The translations under genes were made by a program, and so were the position numbers. This document shows, piece by piece, positions 13,838-26,397 of a DNA stretch of 64,000 bases. Position 1 is the stretch's first letter; every line of letters starts with the position of its first letter. The stretch comes from Calcarisporiella thermophila CBS 279.70 (Eukaryota > Fungi > Calcarisporiellomycota). The DNA is taken from positions 598,150 to 662,149 of the forward strand of contig NW_027192195.1 of NCBI RefSeq assembly GCF_041956535.1, read 5' to 3'. Under the pieces are notes generated by a model. It saw only the letters and a program-made list of their open reading frames with translations. It was not told where the DNA came from and made no database searches.

Positions 13838-15090
13838 TCACTTGAAGCCAAAGAACCTGGCAATCACCGACTCGAGAGGTCCAATAGAAGACACCCGCTC
13901 TCCACTGCTGCTAATGCTTCCTTCGCTCTCGCTCCATCTGGATGCATTGATGGCCGCAATTGCACTTAGGCTCTGCGATTTAGGCAGGTTTATGGCGGTG
14001 GGTGCGGAGCTGGTGTGAGAAAAATAGGAAGGGGGGAGGGTGAGGGGCGGGATTTCCCTTGTAATGAGGGGGAGCTGAGAAATTGGATGGAAATGGTTTC
14101 TTTGTCCCTGTGATTCAGCAAGAGCTGATTCTAGTTCGGGGGTATTCTCCTTAAGTGAATCGTCTATTCCACTCAGACCAAAGCCTGAATCTCTCCGCTG
14201 CATCTCTGGGGCGCATACCGTGACGGGCACATCAAATACCAAGTTCTCCCCAATCAGCCGAATTTGCACATAATGCCGCACAGAAATGCGCGGAGTTATC
14301 GCAGTAGGGCAAAAGAGGGTATTTTCCAACCCAATCTCAAATGCAAAAGGATACCACCGCATGATGGAAGTATTACTGTTCTGCTGGCGGTGAGCGCAAA
14401 TGGTTGACGGTGTAGCTTGAGAGACATTAGCTACCTTTCGATCCCGGTGATCGCTGGAAAGAATGAAAAAGCAAGCCAAGTTAGACAGGCTTCTCTTGCC
14501 TCCTCCACCCGTAAATTGATATGTTACTGATATATTTCAAGCTGCACCATTTGTATTTGCACCAGCATTTCCTCCGCCCTGCTTCTACGCATCGGCCTTA
14601 GCTTCAACATCCCTCTCAAGCATTTATCGCCCATTGTGATTCTCTTCTCCATTTCTATTTCATATTGCCACAAGCATTTGGTTCCCCAAGAAACTGTTCT
14701 GCTCGGCGGCATGCTTCTATACACATTCAAAAGCTTGGAGATGATCGCAGCTCTCCCTTGCTCGGAGACCACATTCCCGGTTACGCAATACGTAATGGTG
14801 ACAGTTCTTCCGATACAACTCGGGGGCAAGTCATGTGGCACCTTGAGGGTAAATGTCGTGGCAATGACCCTCTCCCCGGCGGACACTTGTAAGGATTGTG
14901 GGGACGTACTTAGATAGGCAACTGGGTGGTTGGTAGAGGCACAGCCCCAACCCTCGAGCGTAACGTACCAGGAAAAATGCCCTGGGGGAAGGTGGACGCG
15001 CAGTATTCCGCGAAGCGTCCTGTCATGCGAAAGGTTAAGCGAGTACTCAGGGAGATCATATAGCTCGAGCGATATAATTCTAATTCCCAT
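13838..15090 (-). CDS. Alpha-arrestin-like adaptor (2 exons)
   Basis: Beta-rich N-domain with F-x-L-x-VPHDLPPS...ITYCV, C-domain ISVRHYVQIRL...FDVPVTV and a PPxY motif (LPPSY) in a Ser-rich tail. Confidence 0.65.
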
Positions 15091-15583
15091 GCATAAATAC
15101 TCGGTGGGAGGTGGAGACTACTAGGAGGAAGGGGGAGAAGGGAGTAAATTCGCGCAAGCGCAACCGGGAGAGAAATAGGCGAACAACACCTTATATTTTA
15201 TCTTTTTATGCCCCAGAGTCCGAGATCAGTGCAATCTTAGTTGCAGATCCACACGGAGAATTTTAGGAAGGCACAAGGATGAAGGTCGGCCAAAATCAGC
15301 TAGGCTCCCGACTTTCTTTTGCGGTACCAAGCGGGTTCAAATAGGCGACCTCTGCTTAGTTGGATATGGGATCCCTTTAGCCTTTTTTCTTCCTCCTCAT
15401 TCTCCCTCCCGTTTAATATAATTAAAATTAGAGCAAACCTATTTCTCTAGAACATAATGTCTATTTCCTGGTGATATTTATCCATATTACAAATGTACTT
15501 TTTCCATAAAAAAATCCAATCAAAATAGGAGCACAACAAAGTGGAGAAATCATAAAACCATGCCGATGTTCCGCCTTCTCGCC

Positions 15584-15990
15584 TTATTCTTTTGGCTTGA
15601 CCTCCTTGCCTGTTTTCTTGATTGCGTTGAATACCTGGTCACGAGTAGCGGTGGAGGCCTTCACAACAACTTCTTGCTTTTCAAGGGAGATGTCAATATT
15701 TTCGATGCCTAATACACATGCAACATGCCGTAAGATGATGCAATGTAATGGTGGAAATCGTGGAAAAAGCCGCTTACCATCCAGCCTCTTAAGAGCGCGT
15801 TCTACAGCGCCAGAGCATCCGGAACAAGACATGGCCACATCGAATTTGTAGGTCTCCTAAAGTGAGAGTCACGGGAAAGATCCAGAGGAAAAGATTAGAA
15901 TTCGCATCATTGTCAGAGGTTAAGATCTTTTTGGGATGATGTCCGATGAATGGGTGTTGCATCGGATGACAAATAGATGCCTACCGTCAT
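15584..15990 (-). CDS. ATX1: Copper chaperone Atx1 (HMA domain)
   Basis: MT|ETYKFDVAMSCSGCSGAVERAL...IKKTGKEV: MxCxxC and KTGK motifs, 3 exons. Confidence 0.95.
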
Positions 15991-16206
15991 TGTAGTGATT
16001 AAGCTTGACGTTTAGATATAATCCAAAAAAAAAAGGATGAGCGAGAAGAAAAAAAATAGTGCAGGAGAGGAGAAAAAATAGAAGAACAATTTATATATTT
16101 TTGCAGCACCACAAAAAGGAAAAAATTGCGCGATGCTAGCTGTCACCCGTGATTCCACAAAAAAGAAAATGAATATATGGGGCCAGGCTTTTGGTCATCT
16201 TCACGC

Positions 16207-17586
16207 TCAGCTCAAAGTCAATCCTCCATCCACCACCAATACCTTTAAATTAAACCATTAGAAATACAACCGGATGACAATTCGATTCCAGTGCACCGAT
16301 TTTCTTACCTGTCCAGTCACGTATTTGGCTTCCGCGAGATACAAGGCTGCGAGAGCTACATCCTGTTTATAATAAGTTTATAATAAGTTAAGAGCAAGCG
16401 ATCAAGGAAGGCGAAGGGGGTGGGGGGATACTACCTCAGGGGAGCCAAATGTTTGCGCGAGCGTGCGGGAAGTGATGTCCGCGCGTTTTTCGCCGCGAAT
16501 ATCTATATTTGTCATTGGCGAGGTTCAATATAGGTAGGGGGAGAGCAAAAAAGACGCGCTTACAGTGAGTCATGTCGGTCTCGATGTACCCAGGGGCTAT
16601 TACATTCACGCGTATGTTACGAGAGAGCAGCTCTTTCGCCAAAGATTTTGAAAATCCTAACCACAATTCCTTCTATCAATATCATGCGTACAAAATATGT
16701 GCAGAGTGCGCGGAAAATATCTTCTTTTTCCTCTTCCTCATTTTTTCATCATTACCGATTACACCAGATTTGGCTGCAGAATAGACGCTCAGCCCGGATA
16801 TACCCCGTAGGGCAGCTACAGAGGAAAGATTGATAATGCAACCTATCCAGCGTATTTCAAATAAGTACCAGAGAAGACTAAACAAGCTACGGGTTGAGCT
16901 GTTTTCGAGACAGCGAAGGCTCACCTTGTCGTTGCCGAAGCATCGGTTTTAACAGCCCACGACACAAAAACATGGTCCCAAGGAGATTGGTGTTGATGAG
17001 TTGCTGGACTGACGTTGCCTTCGTGTGCAAGAGCAAAGCATCTTCTGATATGCCTTTAAATTTATAATAATAAGACCACGGGGTTCAACAACCGTAAGGT
17101 TCATCTCATCAATATAGCAGGTAACTAAGAACGAACCTGCACAATTTACTAGGAAATCTATATTCTTTTCTTTTTCGACCATTTCCTATCCATTCTCCAG
17201 AAAGTTAGTGGACATCCACCGGGATGTAAATGCATGGTCACTCCTATTCAAACTACCTTACATAGCGCATCCACCTCTTCAACTTTTCCTACATCGCATT
17301 TTAGCTCTATGCCCACATTTCCTCCTCCGCTTCGGCTCACCGTGTATACTTTGGCACCGCGTTGAGCGAAATGGGTTGCAATGGCTAGACCAATTCCTCG
17401 GTTGCCTCCAGTGACAATCGCTGTTTTATTTTGGAACGAATCTATCAGAGAGAAATCAAGAAAGAGTATGAGTCCCACCCCCTTTTCCCCAAATCACCAT
17501 AATAAGGCAGAGAATACAGTACTTGTTGTTAAGGAAGAGATCCCACGACGCGTTTGTAATAGGCGAAGATATCGGGTCATATTCAT
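16207..17586 (-). CDS. Short-chain dehydrogenase/reductase, 3-oxoacyl-ACP reductase (FabG/CBR4-like), probably mitochondrial
   Basis: [35 protein letters not shown]|VLVVDGG, and an Arg-rich N-terminus. Confidence 0.88.
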
Positions 17587-17697
17587 TTTAAAAAGATTAG
17601 AGTTATGGCTGTGACTGTTGCTATTTTTTTACCCTTAATTCCTCTCTCACTCACACTGAAGTGTGCTTTAGTCTTTAACATCCATTAGATGAATATA

Positions 17698-19370
17698 ATG
17701 AATGATCGCGACATGGTAATGATTTCTTTTCTGGTATATGACGATATACGCTCTACCATACTTTGTCCATTCTTGTTTTCCCCTTTGATCATGTGAACAG
17801 TCTGCCGATGATCCGGACGCTTCCCGAATGGATCTTCCCATCCCTTCCACCAATATAGGATTCCGCATGCTTATGAAAATGGGGTGGGACGGACGAGGGC
17901 TGGGCAGAACATCACAAGGTAAGTTCATGAGTTTTGAAGTAGAGCCACCGTGGATTGAAAAATGATGAATCCTTTACACTCGGATGTAGGGAGAACGGAT
18001 CCTATACCCATCGAGCTGAAAGAAGACAGCTTAGGCATTGGCAAGAAGGAGGAGGACGAAGTGTATCACCAACTTACTACAGCTAAACGAAAAACACTGG
18101 AGGGAGAGCGAGTGGAGACAGAAGAGGAGAGATTGAAGCGAGAAGTAAGCAAATCCAGATATATGATTAAGTGGAATTTCTGATGGCCATGGTACTATGG
18201 CATTTGAAATTGGTGGGATGCACAGGAAAAAGCCCAGAAGCAAGAGGCCATCCGGAAAGAGGTCCAGGCGATCAAGGCTGCATTTTTCTGCGAACTTTGT
18301 CAGAAGCAGTACTCGCGGATATCGGAATACGATCAACATCTGAGTTCGTATGATCACCACCACAGAAAGGTATGACTCGGCTCTTCGCTTTGAAAGGTGC
18401 CTTTGACTCTGGCGAGCTAATCCCTCGTCTGATTTGGCGTGCAGAGACTAAAAGAGCTGAAGGATGCATCCCGTCCTGCTGCGACCGATAAGCGGCGAGA
18501 AAAAGAGAAACGTCGCGAAGAAAAGGAGCTAGCCCGAATCCAGGCCATGGCAGCACAAAAGAGTGGGGAGGAGAGCACCGGGACGCAAAAAAGGAAGCTC
18601 GATAATATGGAGATCTCCAGTGATCCCAATAGTTTGAAGACTGGACAGCCTGAGAAGGTTGAAAGTGGAGGCATGGCTAAAGAGAATAGCGAGAATAGCG
18701 GGAACAGTGGGAACGGTGGAGGCGGCTGGACAGAAACTACCATCCTACCGAGTGTTGCAAGAAACACTAGCGGCGGGGGGGGAGAGGAGGAGGAGGAGGA
18801 GGAGGAGGAGGAAATTTCGCTTGGACTAGNNNNNNNNNNNNNNNNNNNNNNNNNNNNNNNNNNNNNNNNNNNNNNNNNNNNNNNNNNNNNNNNNNNNNNN
18901 NNNNNNNNNNNNNNNNNNNNNNNNNNNNNNNNNNNNNNNNNNNNNNNNNNNNNNNNNNNNNNNNNNNNNNNNNNNNNNNNNNNNNNNNNNNNNNNNNNNN
19001 NNNNNNNNNNNNNNNNNNNNNNNNNNNNNNNNNNNNNNNNNNNNNNNNNNNNNNNNNNNNNNNNNNNNNNNNNNNNNNNNNNNNNNNNNNNNNNNNNNNN
19101 NNNNNNNNNNNNNNNNNNNNNNNNNNNNNNNNNNNNNNNNNNNNNNNNNNNNNNNNNNNNNNNNNNNNNNNNNNNNNNNNNNNNNNNNNNNNNNNNNNNN
19201 NNNNNNNNNNNNNNNNNNNNNNNNNNNNNNNNNNNNNNNNNNNNNNNNNNNNNNNNNNNNNNNNNNNNNNNNNNNNNNNNNNNNNNNNNNNNNNNNNNNN
19301 NNNNNGAGGAGGAGGAGGAATTTCGCTTGGACTGAAAAAGCCCATCAAGTTTTCTTTAAAAAAGCAATAA
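17698..19370 (+). CDS. G-patch and C2H2 zinc-finger protein (GPATCH8-like)
   Basis: G-patch NIGFRMLMKMGWDGRGLG...GRTDPIP...LGIG; zinc finger FFCELCQKQY...HLSSYDHHH. The C-terminus spans gap 1. Confidence 0.85.
18830..19305. other. Assembly gap at a (GGA)n microsatellite, probably spurious
   Basis: Both flanks carry gaggaggaggaggaa(a)tttcgcttggact. Confidence 0.85.
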
Positions 19371-19565
19371 TTTATGTAATAATAAAGGAAGATAGAAAGA
19401 GATAGTAGGAGAAAAAACAAATGAATATACGATGCATGCTTTTTAGTTCAAAGGAAGACACGATAAAATATGTATATTACAAAATAGCACAATAAGAAAA
19501 TGTACAAGCATTTTTCCCCCTGATTAACTTGGTGGATTTATGAAACAAGAAAACGCTGACTTTGC

Positions 19566-20447
19566 TCAAACACTCGCCTCCGCCTGCTTCTCGCAGGTCG
19601 CCTCTTTTTCTATCACCTTGACGCCCGCGACATTTGATTGTTCACCCTCACTGCTCTCATCTAGTGCCAAGCGGCGGAAGAGGAACAGAAGTCCTATAAT
19701 TCCCGAGAGCTAATAGAGCATGGAAACCCACGTTAGGTGCTATTCCTTTGGTGTATCAGAGCCTTACACATACCTGCAGAAGTCGCAGCCAGAGCATTAC
19801 CAATACCAATAACCGGCGATAAGATTCTCCGACCAATTCCTCTTGACATTCAATCATTCTCGTTCTATTGGAGGTAAAATAAAACACGAATGGCTTCGGG
19901 AGTAAAGAGATAGAAGTGCCTTCCCCATCGTCCTCGTCGTATATGGGATCGTCCCAAAAGCGGCAAATCGAATTGTAAGCGGTCTGTGCAAACAATTCAA
20001 ATAAAAAATCATGGTCAATGGTGGACTAAAACAATGGGATCGTGTGGGATCGTTACCTTGGAGGTAAGGAAATACTCGGCACCAAAGAGAAACAGGGCCT
20101 GTAAAAATTGGAAGAATGTGATGGAGACCATAAGGACAAAGTACTAAACGTTCAGGTTCCATGACGGGAGGGAGAAAGAGAACGAGAAAGAAAATCAGCA
20201 TGAGCTCAACTGATTATTCATTCGTTGGGGAGAACAAGCTTACTGTCTGAACCAGCATTCTATTTCCCTTCGCCACTCCGTAGAAACCAATCAGCGAGGT
20301 TGCGATAATGGCCGCCTCGCAGGGATGGCCCAGCATGATTTCGAGCCGTTTTCTAAACACGACCGCTAGAGCGGCAAGGAGCAGCATCACGGCGGCGGAG
20401 GCCCATTGCAGAGAAGCTCGCCTGCGAGAGAGATGTTCGATAGCCAT
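19566..20447 (-). CDS. Hypothetical four-TM membrane protein (tetraspanin-like topology), 4 exons
   Basis: Three clean phase-0 GT-AG introns join four hydrophobic helices, with a Cys-containing loop between TM3 and TM4. No CCG motif. Confidence 0.65.
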
Positions 20448-23104
20448 TGCGGTGCGGAGAGTTGGAAATGTGCGAATGGATTTATAATGAAGAAGAAGCG
20501 GAGGTAAACAAGGACCAGAAAGGGGGGAAATACTCGCGGACTTTTACGAGTTCGGACGGGGGAATAACATAAGCCAAGGTTGCAAGGGCGGCGTGTTCTC
20601 CTCTGCTGTGTAGCGGGGTTATTTTTTGGGCGATGACGCCGATCTATCGAATATTAATTGTCAACATGCTCGCAAGCGGGCAGGGAAATCAACAGGCACC
20701 CCCCTCCCAAACTCTAATTTGCGTTTGGCCTGGTCAAAGCACCCGATTCTGCCCCTTATGTCCTAGTGATCTCACCGCGCTTTGCGCCTGCTTATTTGCC
20801 CCCGGCCCGTGGTGCAAGCCGGCTAATGGCGGCGCATTTTCCCATTTCTTTCACATCAAGCGAGGTTTAAAGATGCATTGCGCGTCTGCACCTAACTTCC
20901 ACGGCCTGCCACTCCTGCCTCTAGGGCTGTTGCACCTCCAAGCGCAGCTCCCCCGTGCCCTCCGACTATCGGCGATGACATGCATGGACAACAAGTCTAG
21001 CTTCGGTGCTCGATAGAACACAGGCTTCAAAGGAGAAGGGGAAGCCCCTCCTTCAAAGGCCCGTCTGCGTGTTGGTCTTATTATTCGGGCAATCTCCCCC
21101 TCCCCCAAGGCTCTCTGAACTTGGGACAGGAATTTAGCGCACTCCGGTACAGCCAAGCTCTGCAACGGCTTCCCAGCTTTATGACCACCCCTTTCAGGCC
21201 AGGATGGGCGCCTACTTAGAACTCCCGTCGAGGCAGAGGGTTCTGCCGGTAGGGTCATCCAGAACGGCTGATCCATTTATCAATATTGCTAAATCCACTT
21301 TCCCGAGTGAGCGCTTACTCAGTCCTCAAGGAAGAGAGTTCCGCGGCCCTGCACCACGCGGGAGAAAATGTTCTATTTTGAGCCCTTCCCAACTAAGAAT
21401 CTCTTGGTACCAAAGCACTCAGGCCTCTCGGATAGGAGGTCATATCCGATCGGATAGGTAGGTTAAGTTGCATATTGAGTCTAAGTTTAGGTTGAACTAT
21501 GTGACATGAGGATGGGAATGCTAAAAAGACCGCAAAATCCACACGAATTCTAAAGCAAGTAACGCCAAGCTGGAAAGCACCCTCTTGGTCCCACATGTCG
21601 ACCCGAGAATCCTGAACTTGAATGAGATTTCTGTTTAGAATACAGATTCATATTAAACATATGCATCCAACCAATCTGTGGCTTGTCCATCTTGGATGCC
21701 CCCAACGGCCTGGCTGCATAAAATAGTGGGCTTGACCTGCATGGGAGGAGAGGCTGCTCCAGCTCGCCCGGCATTGCTCCGTAGCTGTCCCCTCTCTTAT
21801 CCAGTTTCGCTGACATCAGAGGGTATCCCTGGGGTGGAAGGGGGTTAGAGCCGCCATATATGGAAAGAGCACAGTCTTCTCACTCACTTCAAACTATAAA
21901 ACAGATTTACCTAAACAATCCATACGCTAGTGTAAAGCACTGGAGCACACCGGACATTGTCTGTATAATAACAGGGGATTGCATCTTCTCATTGGGGCGG
22001 CTTGTTCGTTAAATTATATAATTCGGGTTTAATTTTGGAGTCTAAATTGGCAACCCAATATTCAATCTCTGTCAATCTCTGCCAGTGTCCTTTCATTTTA
22101 GCTTTGCTTATATAACCTCACCGCTTTATAATATCACTGTATTATTATATAACATGTGGATACCTGGATTAGCTAACGTTCACCATGGGCATTCCAGATG
22201 TTTGTACTTCACCAAGCGGACCACTGAGTCTGTCGCTTTACTTTTTATTCCGCCTCATTCAAATTGAAGCGTCGCATCACGATATATTTGTTTATAGCAG
22301 ATTGAGGGAGATGTGCGTCCCAGGTTCCAAATAAGAACAGGTGCTGTGTCGATAGAGGTGAATGTGGACTATGGGCTTGTATCATCTCTCCAGAAGAGGG
22401 TGGATCGACTAATCAGTAGCAGTTGAGGATCCATTTCAGAAAACCGTCCTAGCAAGGATCGGCACATGCCGTGACACTTAGCTTTCAGAGGGAGATTGCC
22501 ACCTAATTGACCATGACATAGGATGGTAGCGGTGGAGGCACTTAAAATTAATTTCCAAGTGCTGTTCCATGCACTTAATAAATATTCGGTCAAAGATGGC
22601 AGAAAATTAACCAAATTACTAACTCGTATGATAGGCCCACTTGAACTGCATCCTAAATGAATCTGGCTTTTGGAGTATACTATGGATTGCATATATTACA
22701 TTCAGACGATTCGCCTACATATTAGACTTTAGTCCAGAGACACAGTGAGATGGCCAAAAAATTTCGAAGAAGGAGAGATGGTTTGCTGGCAATTTCATGA
22801 GAAATAAAGCAGAACAAGATTGAAGATGTTACAAGTTGAGAGACAGAGGGGAAACTATTACTTTGGATGGCTATAGATACATCGTGTGGAAGATCATCCG
22901 ATGGGTTTTTCAATCCACGGCGATATTTGAAGTAGGTCGAAGTATGATTATGAACCCTCGTGTCCATTGACGGATATCAAACCACAACAATATTATTTTG
23001 ATAAGAACCACTCCATTCTCGCACAGGACTAGGTTGGGATATGGTCACATCCTAAGGTTCTTCATTAGTTTTTGCCGCAAAACTCTAAGCTAGTATAAAC
23101 TCAT

Positions 23105-24108
23105 ATTTATTACAAATGCACACTTAGANNNNNNNNNNNNNNNNNNNNNNNNNNNNNNNNNNNNNNNNNNNNNNNNNNNNNNNNNNNNNNNNNNNNNNNN
23201 NNNNNNNNNNNNNNNNNNNNNNNNNNNNNNNNNNNNNNNNNNNNNNNNNNNNNNNNNNNNNNNNNNNNNNNNNNNNNNNNNNNNNNNNNNNNNNNNNNNN
23301 NNNNNNNNNNNNNNNNNNNNNNNNNNNNNNNNNNNNNNNNNNNNNNNNNNNNNNNNNNNNNNNNNNNNNNNNNNNNNNNNNNNNNNNNNNNNNNNNNNNN
23401 NNNNNNNNNNNNNNNNNNNNNNNNNNNNNNNNNNNNNNNNNNNNNNNNNNNNNNNNNNNNNNNNNNNNNNNNNNNNNNNNNNNNNNNNNNNNNNNNNNNN
23501 NNNNNNNNNNNNNNNNNNNNNNNNNNNNNNNNNNNNNNNNNNNNNNNNNNNNNNNNNNNNNNNNNNNNNNNNNNNNNNNNNNNNNNNNNNNNNNNNNNNN
23601 NNNNNNNNNNNNNNNNNNNNNNNNNNNNNNNNNNNNNNNNNNNNNNNNNNNNNNNNNNNNNNNNNNNNNNNNNNNNNNNNNNNNNNNNNNNNNNNNNNNN
23701 NNNNNNNNNNNNNNNNNNNNNNNNNNNNNNNNNNNNNNNNNNNNNNNNNNNNNNNNNNNNNNNNNNNNNNNNNNNNNNNNNNNNNNNNNNNNNNNNNNNN
23801 NNNNNNNNNNNNNNNNNNNNNNNNNNNNNNNNNNNNNNNNNNNNNNNNNNNNNNNNNNNNNNNNNNNNNNNNNNNNNNNNNNNNNNNNNNNNNNNNNNNN
23901 NNNNNNNNNNNNNNNNNNNNNNNNNNNNNNNNNNNNNNNNNNNNNNNNNNNNNNNNNNNNNNNNNNNNNNNNNNNNNNNNNNNNNNNNNNNNNNNNNNNN
24001 NNNNNNNNNNNNNNNNNNNNNNNNNNNNNNNNNNNNNNNNNNNNNNNNNNNNNNNNNNNNNNNNNNCAAGTCCCCGCAACGAGATCTGATAACCTTGTTT
24101 CGCCTGCA
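23105..24108 (-). repeat. Copy A of an inverted ~1 kb duplicated unit (interior is the N-gap 23129-24066)
   Basis: 24067-24108 is the reverse complement of 25412-25453 (36/42 identical); 23105-23128 matches 26374-26397 (19/24). Confidence 0.85.
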
Positions 24109-25411
24109 CCACCGGAGTAGCACTTGGGTGGAGTTTGTGCATAAGGCTCCCACGGTGAAGAGAGTGTATTAATATAAAAGATCTTAAGCAATAATTTTAA
24201 TATTATATTGCGAACAACTTAACTCTCATTATAGTCGCCACTAAGTATAGATGCCAATGATGAAATCACAGTATCACATTAGACAAATGAGAAAGAGGTT
24301 TCCTCATTTGAGATAGAATGGCTTTTTCCCCCTTCAATAAGATGGAATCTCCCTCAACTCCGATGGCTATGCACAGCAATAGCTAAACTTAAAAAATTTA
24401 TCTTTTTACCATTTCAAACCATATAACCCTATTCACCCATTGCATTGTTATATAGATGTTTGAATGTTTCTTTGTTTATATTCTTTGTGATGGTAATGCG
24501 TTCTAGCTTTGCAATTAGCTTAGCTTTTATTACGGTAAGAGAATCATCGAATACTACAAATGGATTTTTAATTTTTTCTCTCTTGAAATTAACGTTGCTT
24601 AATGAAAGTGTTTTTGGTCCTGCATGCTGTAGTGTTTAATACTTTGAAAATTTCTTGTTTACATCCTGAGTGTATAGATGCACTGATCACATCGTAAAGG
24701 TACATTTCATCCATGAAGGGGATATCTCAATGTGCTGCTTCTCCATAACAGGAACAACAGGCTTTTGCGATAGTCAATAGATTTGCTTTTTTAATCGTAG
24801 CTAGCAATTATTCAGTTCCGCGCAGCAGAAGGTTGTAATATGATGGCAATAGAACGAATACTTAACAGCGAAGTTAGACGAAGCAAACAAAATTACATTT
24901 AGGTTTCTTATTTTATGCAAATTATGGCCGCTATCGATCTACGTTTTGCACAAGACAGCCGTACCCAAGCTTTACCAATGCTAGATGTATGGGAGTAGTG
25001 AATACTCCATGGGAGTCCAAAGCCTTTGCTCTCTTTCCTTGTAATTGTGCGTGTGAAATACACAAATGCAATCTTTGCATAAGAGCACTCCGAGCTTTCA
25101 TTCTTTAATAGTCTTGAATCACGCTAAATGCATTGGGTTTCCTCTCGTTTGAATCAGCATAAATATTCTATTTATACTAGCTCTGTTCGAACATATATCC
25201 CTATTTTCCCATGTTACCAAAATATGCGCTAATAGCTTCTGTGCTATAAGATGAATATTTACAACTAGTCTTTCATAATGGCTCGATAATGATTTATAAA
25301 CAAGAATAGAATAACTTACATCCTATTCATGGTCATCTATATGGGTGAGAAAATTTTTGGGAAACATCAGGTGGATTTAGTTTGCATAGGTATCCAGCAC
25401 AGCTCTCGCTA

Positions 25412-26397
25412 TGCAGGTGATGCAAGGTTATCGGATCTCATTGCGGGGGCTTGNNNNNNNNNNNNNNNNNNNNNNNNNNNNNNNNNNNNNNNNNNNNNNN
25501 NNNNNNNNNNNNNNNNNNNNNNNNNNNNNNNNNNNNNNNNNNNNNNNNNNNNNNNNNNNNNNNNNNNNNNNNNNNNNNNNNNNNNNNNNNNNNNNNNNNN
25601 NNNNNNNNNNNNNNNNNNNNNNNNNNNNNNNNNNNNNNNNNNNNNNNNNNNNNNNNNNNNNNNNNNNNNNNNNNNNNNNNNNNNNNNNNNNNNNNNNNNN
25701 NNNNNNNNNNNNNNNNNNNNNNNNNNNNNNNNNNNNNNNNNNNNNNNNNNNNNNNNNNNNNNNNNNNNNNNNNNNNNNNNNNNNNNNNNNNNNNNNNNNN
25801 NNNNNNNNNNNNNNNNNNNNNNNNNNNNNNNNNNNNNNNNNNNNNNNNNNNNNNNNNNNNNNNNNNNNNNNNNNNNNNNNNNNNNNNNNNNNNNNNNNNN
25901 NNNNNNNNNNNNNNNNNNNNNNNNNNNNNNNNNNNNNNNNNNNNNNNNNNNNNNNNNNNNNNNNNNNNNNNNNNNNNNNNNNNNNNNNNNNNNNNNNNNN
26001 NNNNNNNNNNNNNNNNNNNNNNNNNNNNNNNNNNNNNNNNNNNNNNNNNNNNNNNNNNNNNNNNNNNNNNNNNNNNNNNNNNNNNNNNNNNNNNNNNNNN
26101 NNNNNNNNNNNNNNNNNNNNNNNNNNNNNNNNNNNNNNNNNNNNNNNNNNNNNNNNNNNNNNNNNNNNNNNNNNNNNNNNNNNNNNNNNNNNNNNNNNNN
26201 NNNNNNNNNNNNNNNNNNNNNNNNNNNNNNNNNNNNNNNNNNNNNNNNNNNNNNNNNNNNNNNNNNNNNNNNNNNNNNNNNNNNNNNNNNNNNNNNNNNN
26301 NNNNNNNNNNNNNNNNNNNNNNNNNNNNNNNNNNNNNNNNNNNNNNNNNNNNNNNNNNNNNNNNNNNNNNNNNGCTAGGTGGCCATATGTAATAAAT
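25412..26397 (+). repeat. Copy B of the inverted ~1 kb duplicated unit (interior is the N-gap 25454-26373)
   Basis: Both gap edges are homologous to the edges of the previous gap, in inverted orientation. Confidence 0.85.

Noticed and set aside
16366-16389. Short tandem duplications in introns (also ~54235-54260) and a G13 run at 2911-2923
   Set aside because: Ordinary slippage products.
21841-21940. Faint resemblance to the 5' end of 5S rRNA
   Set aside because: No internal box C and no terminal stem.
24067-24083. CAAGTCCCCGCAACGAG resembles the 16S rRNA motif AAGTCCCGCAACGAG
   Set aside because: The similarity ends immediately and the second copy diverges from it.
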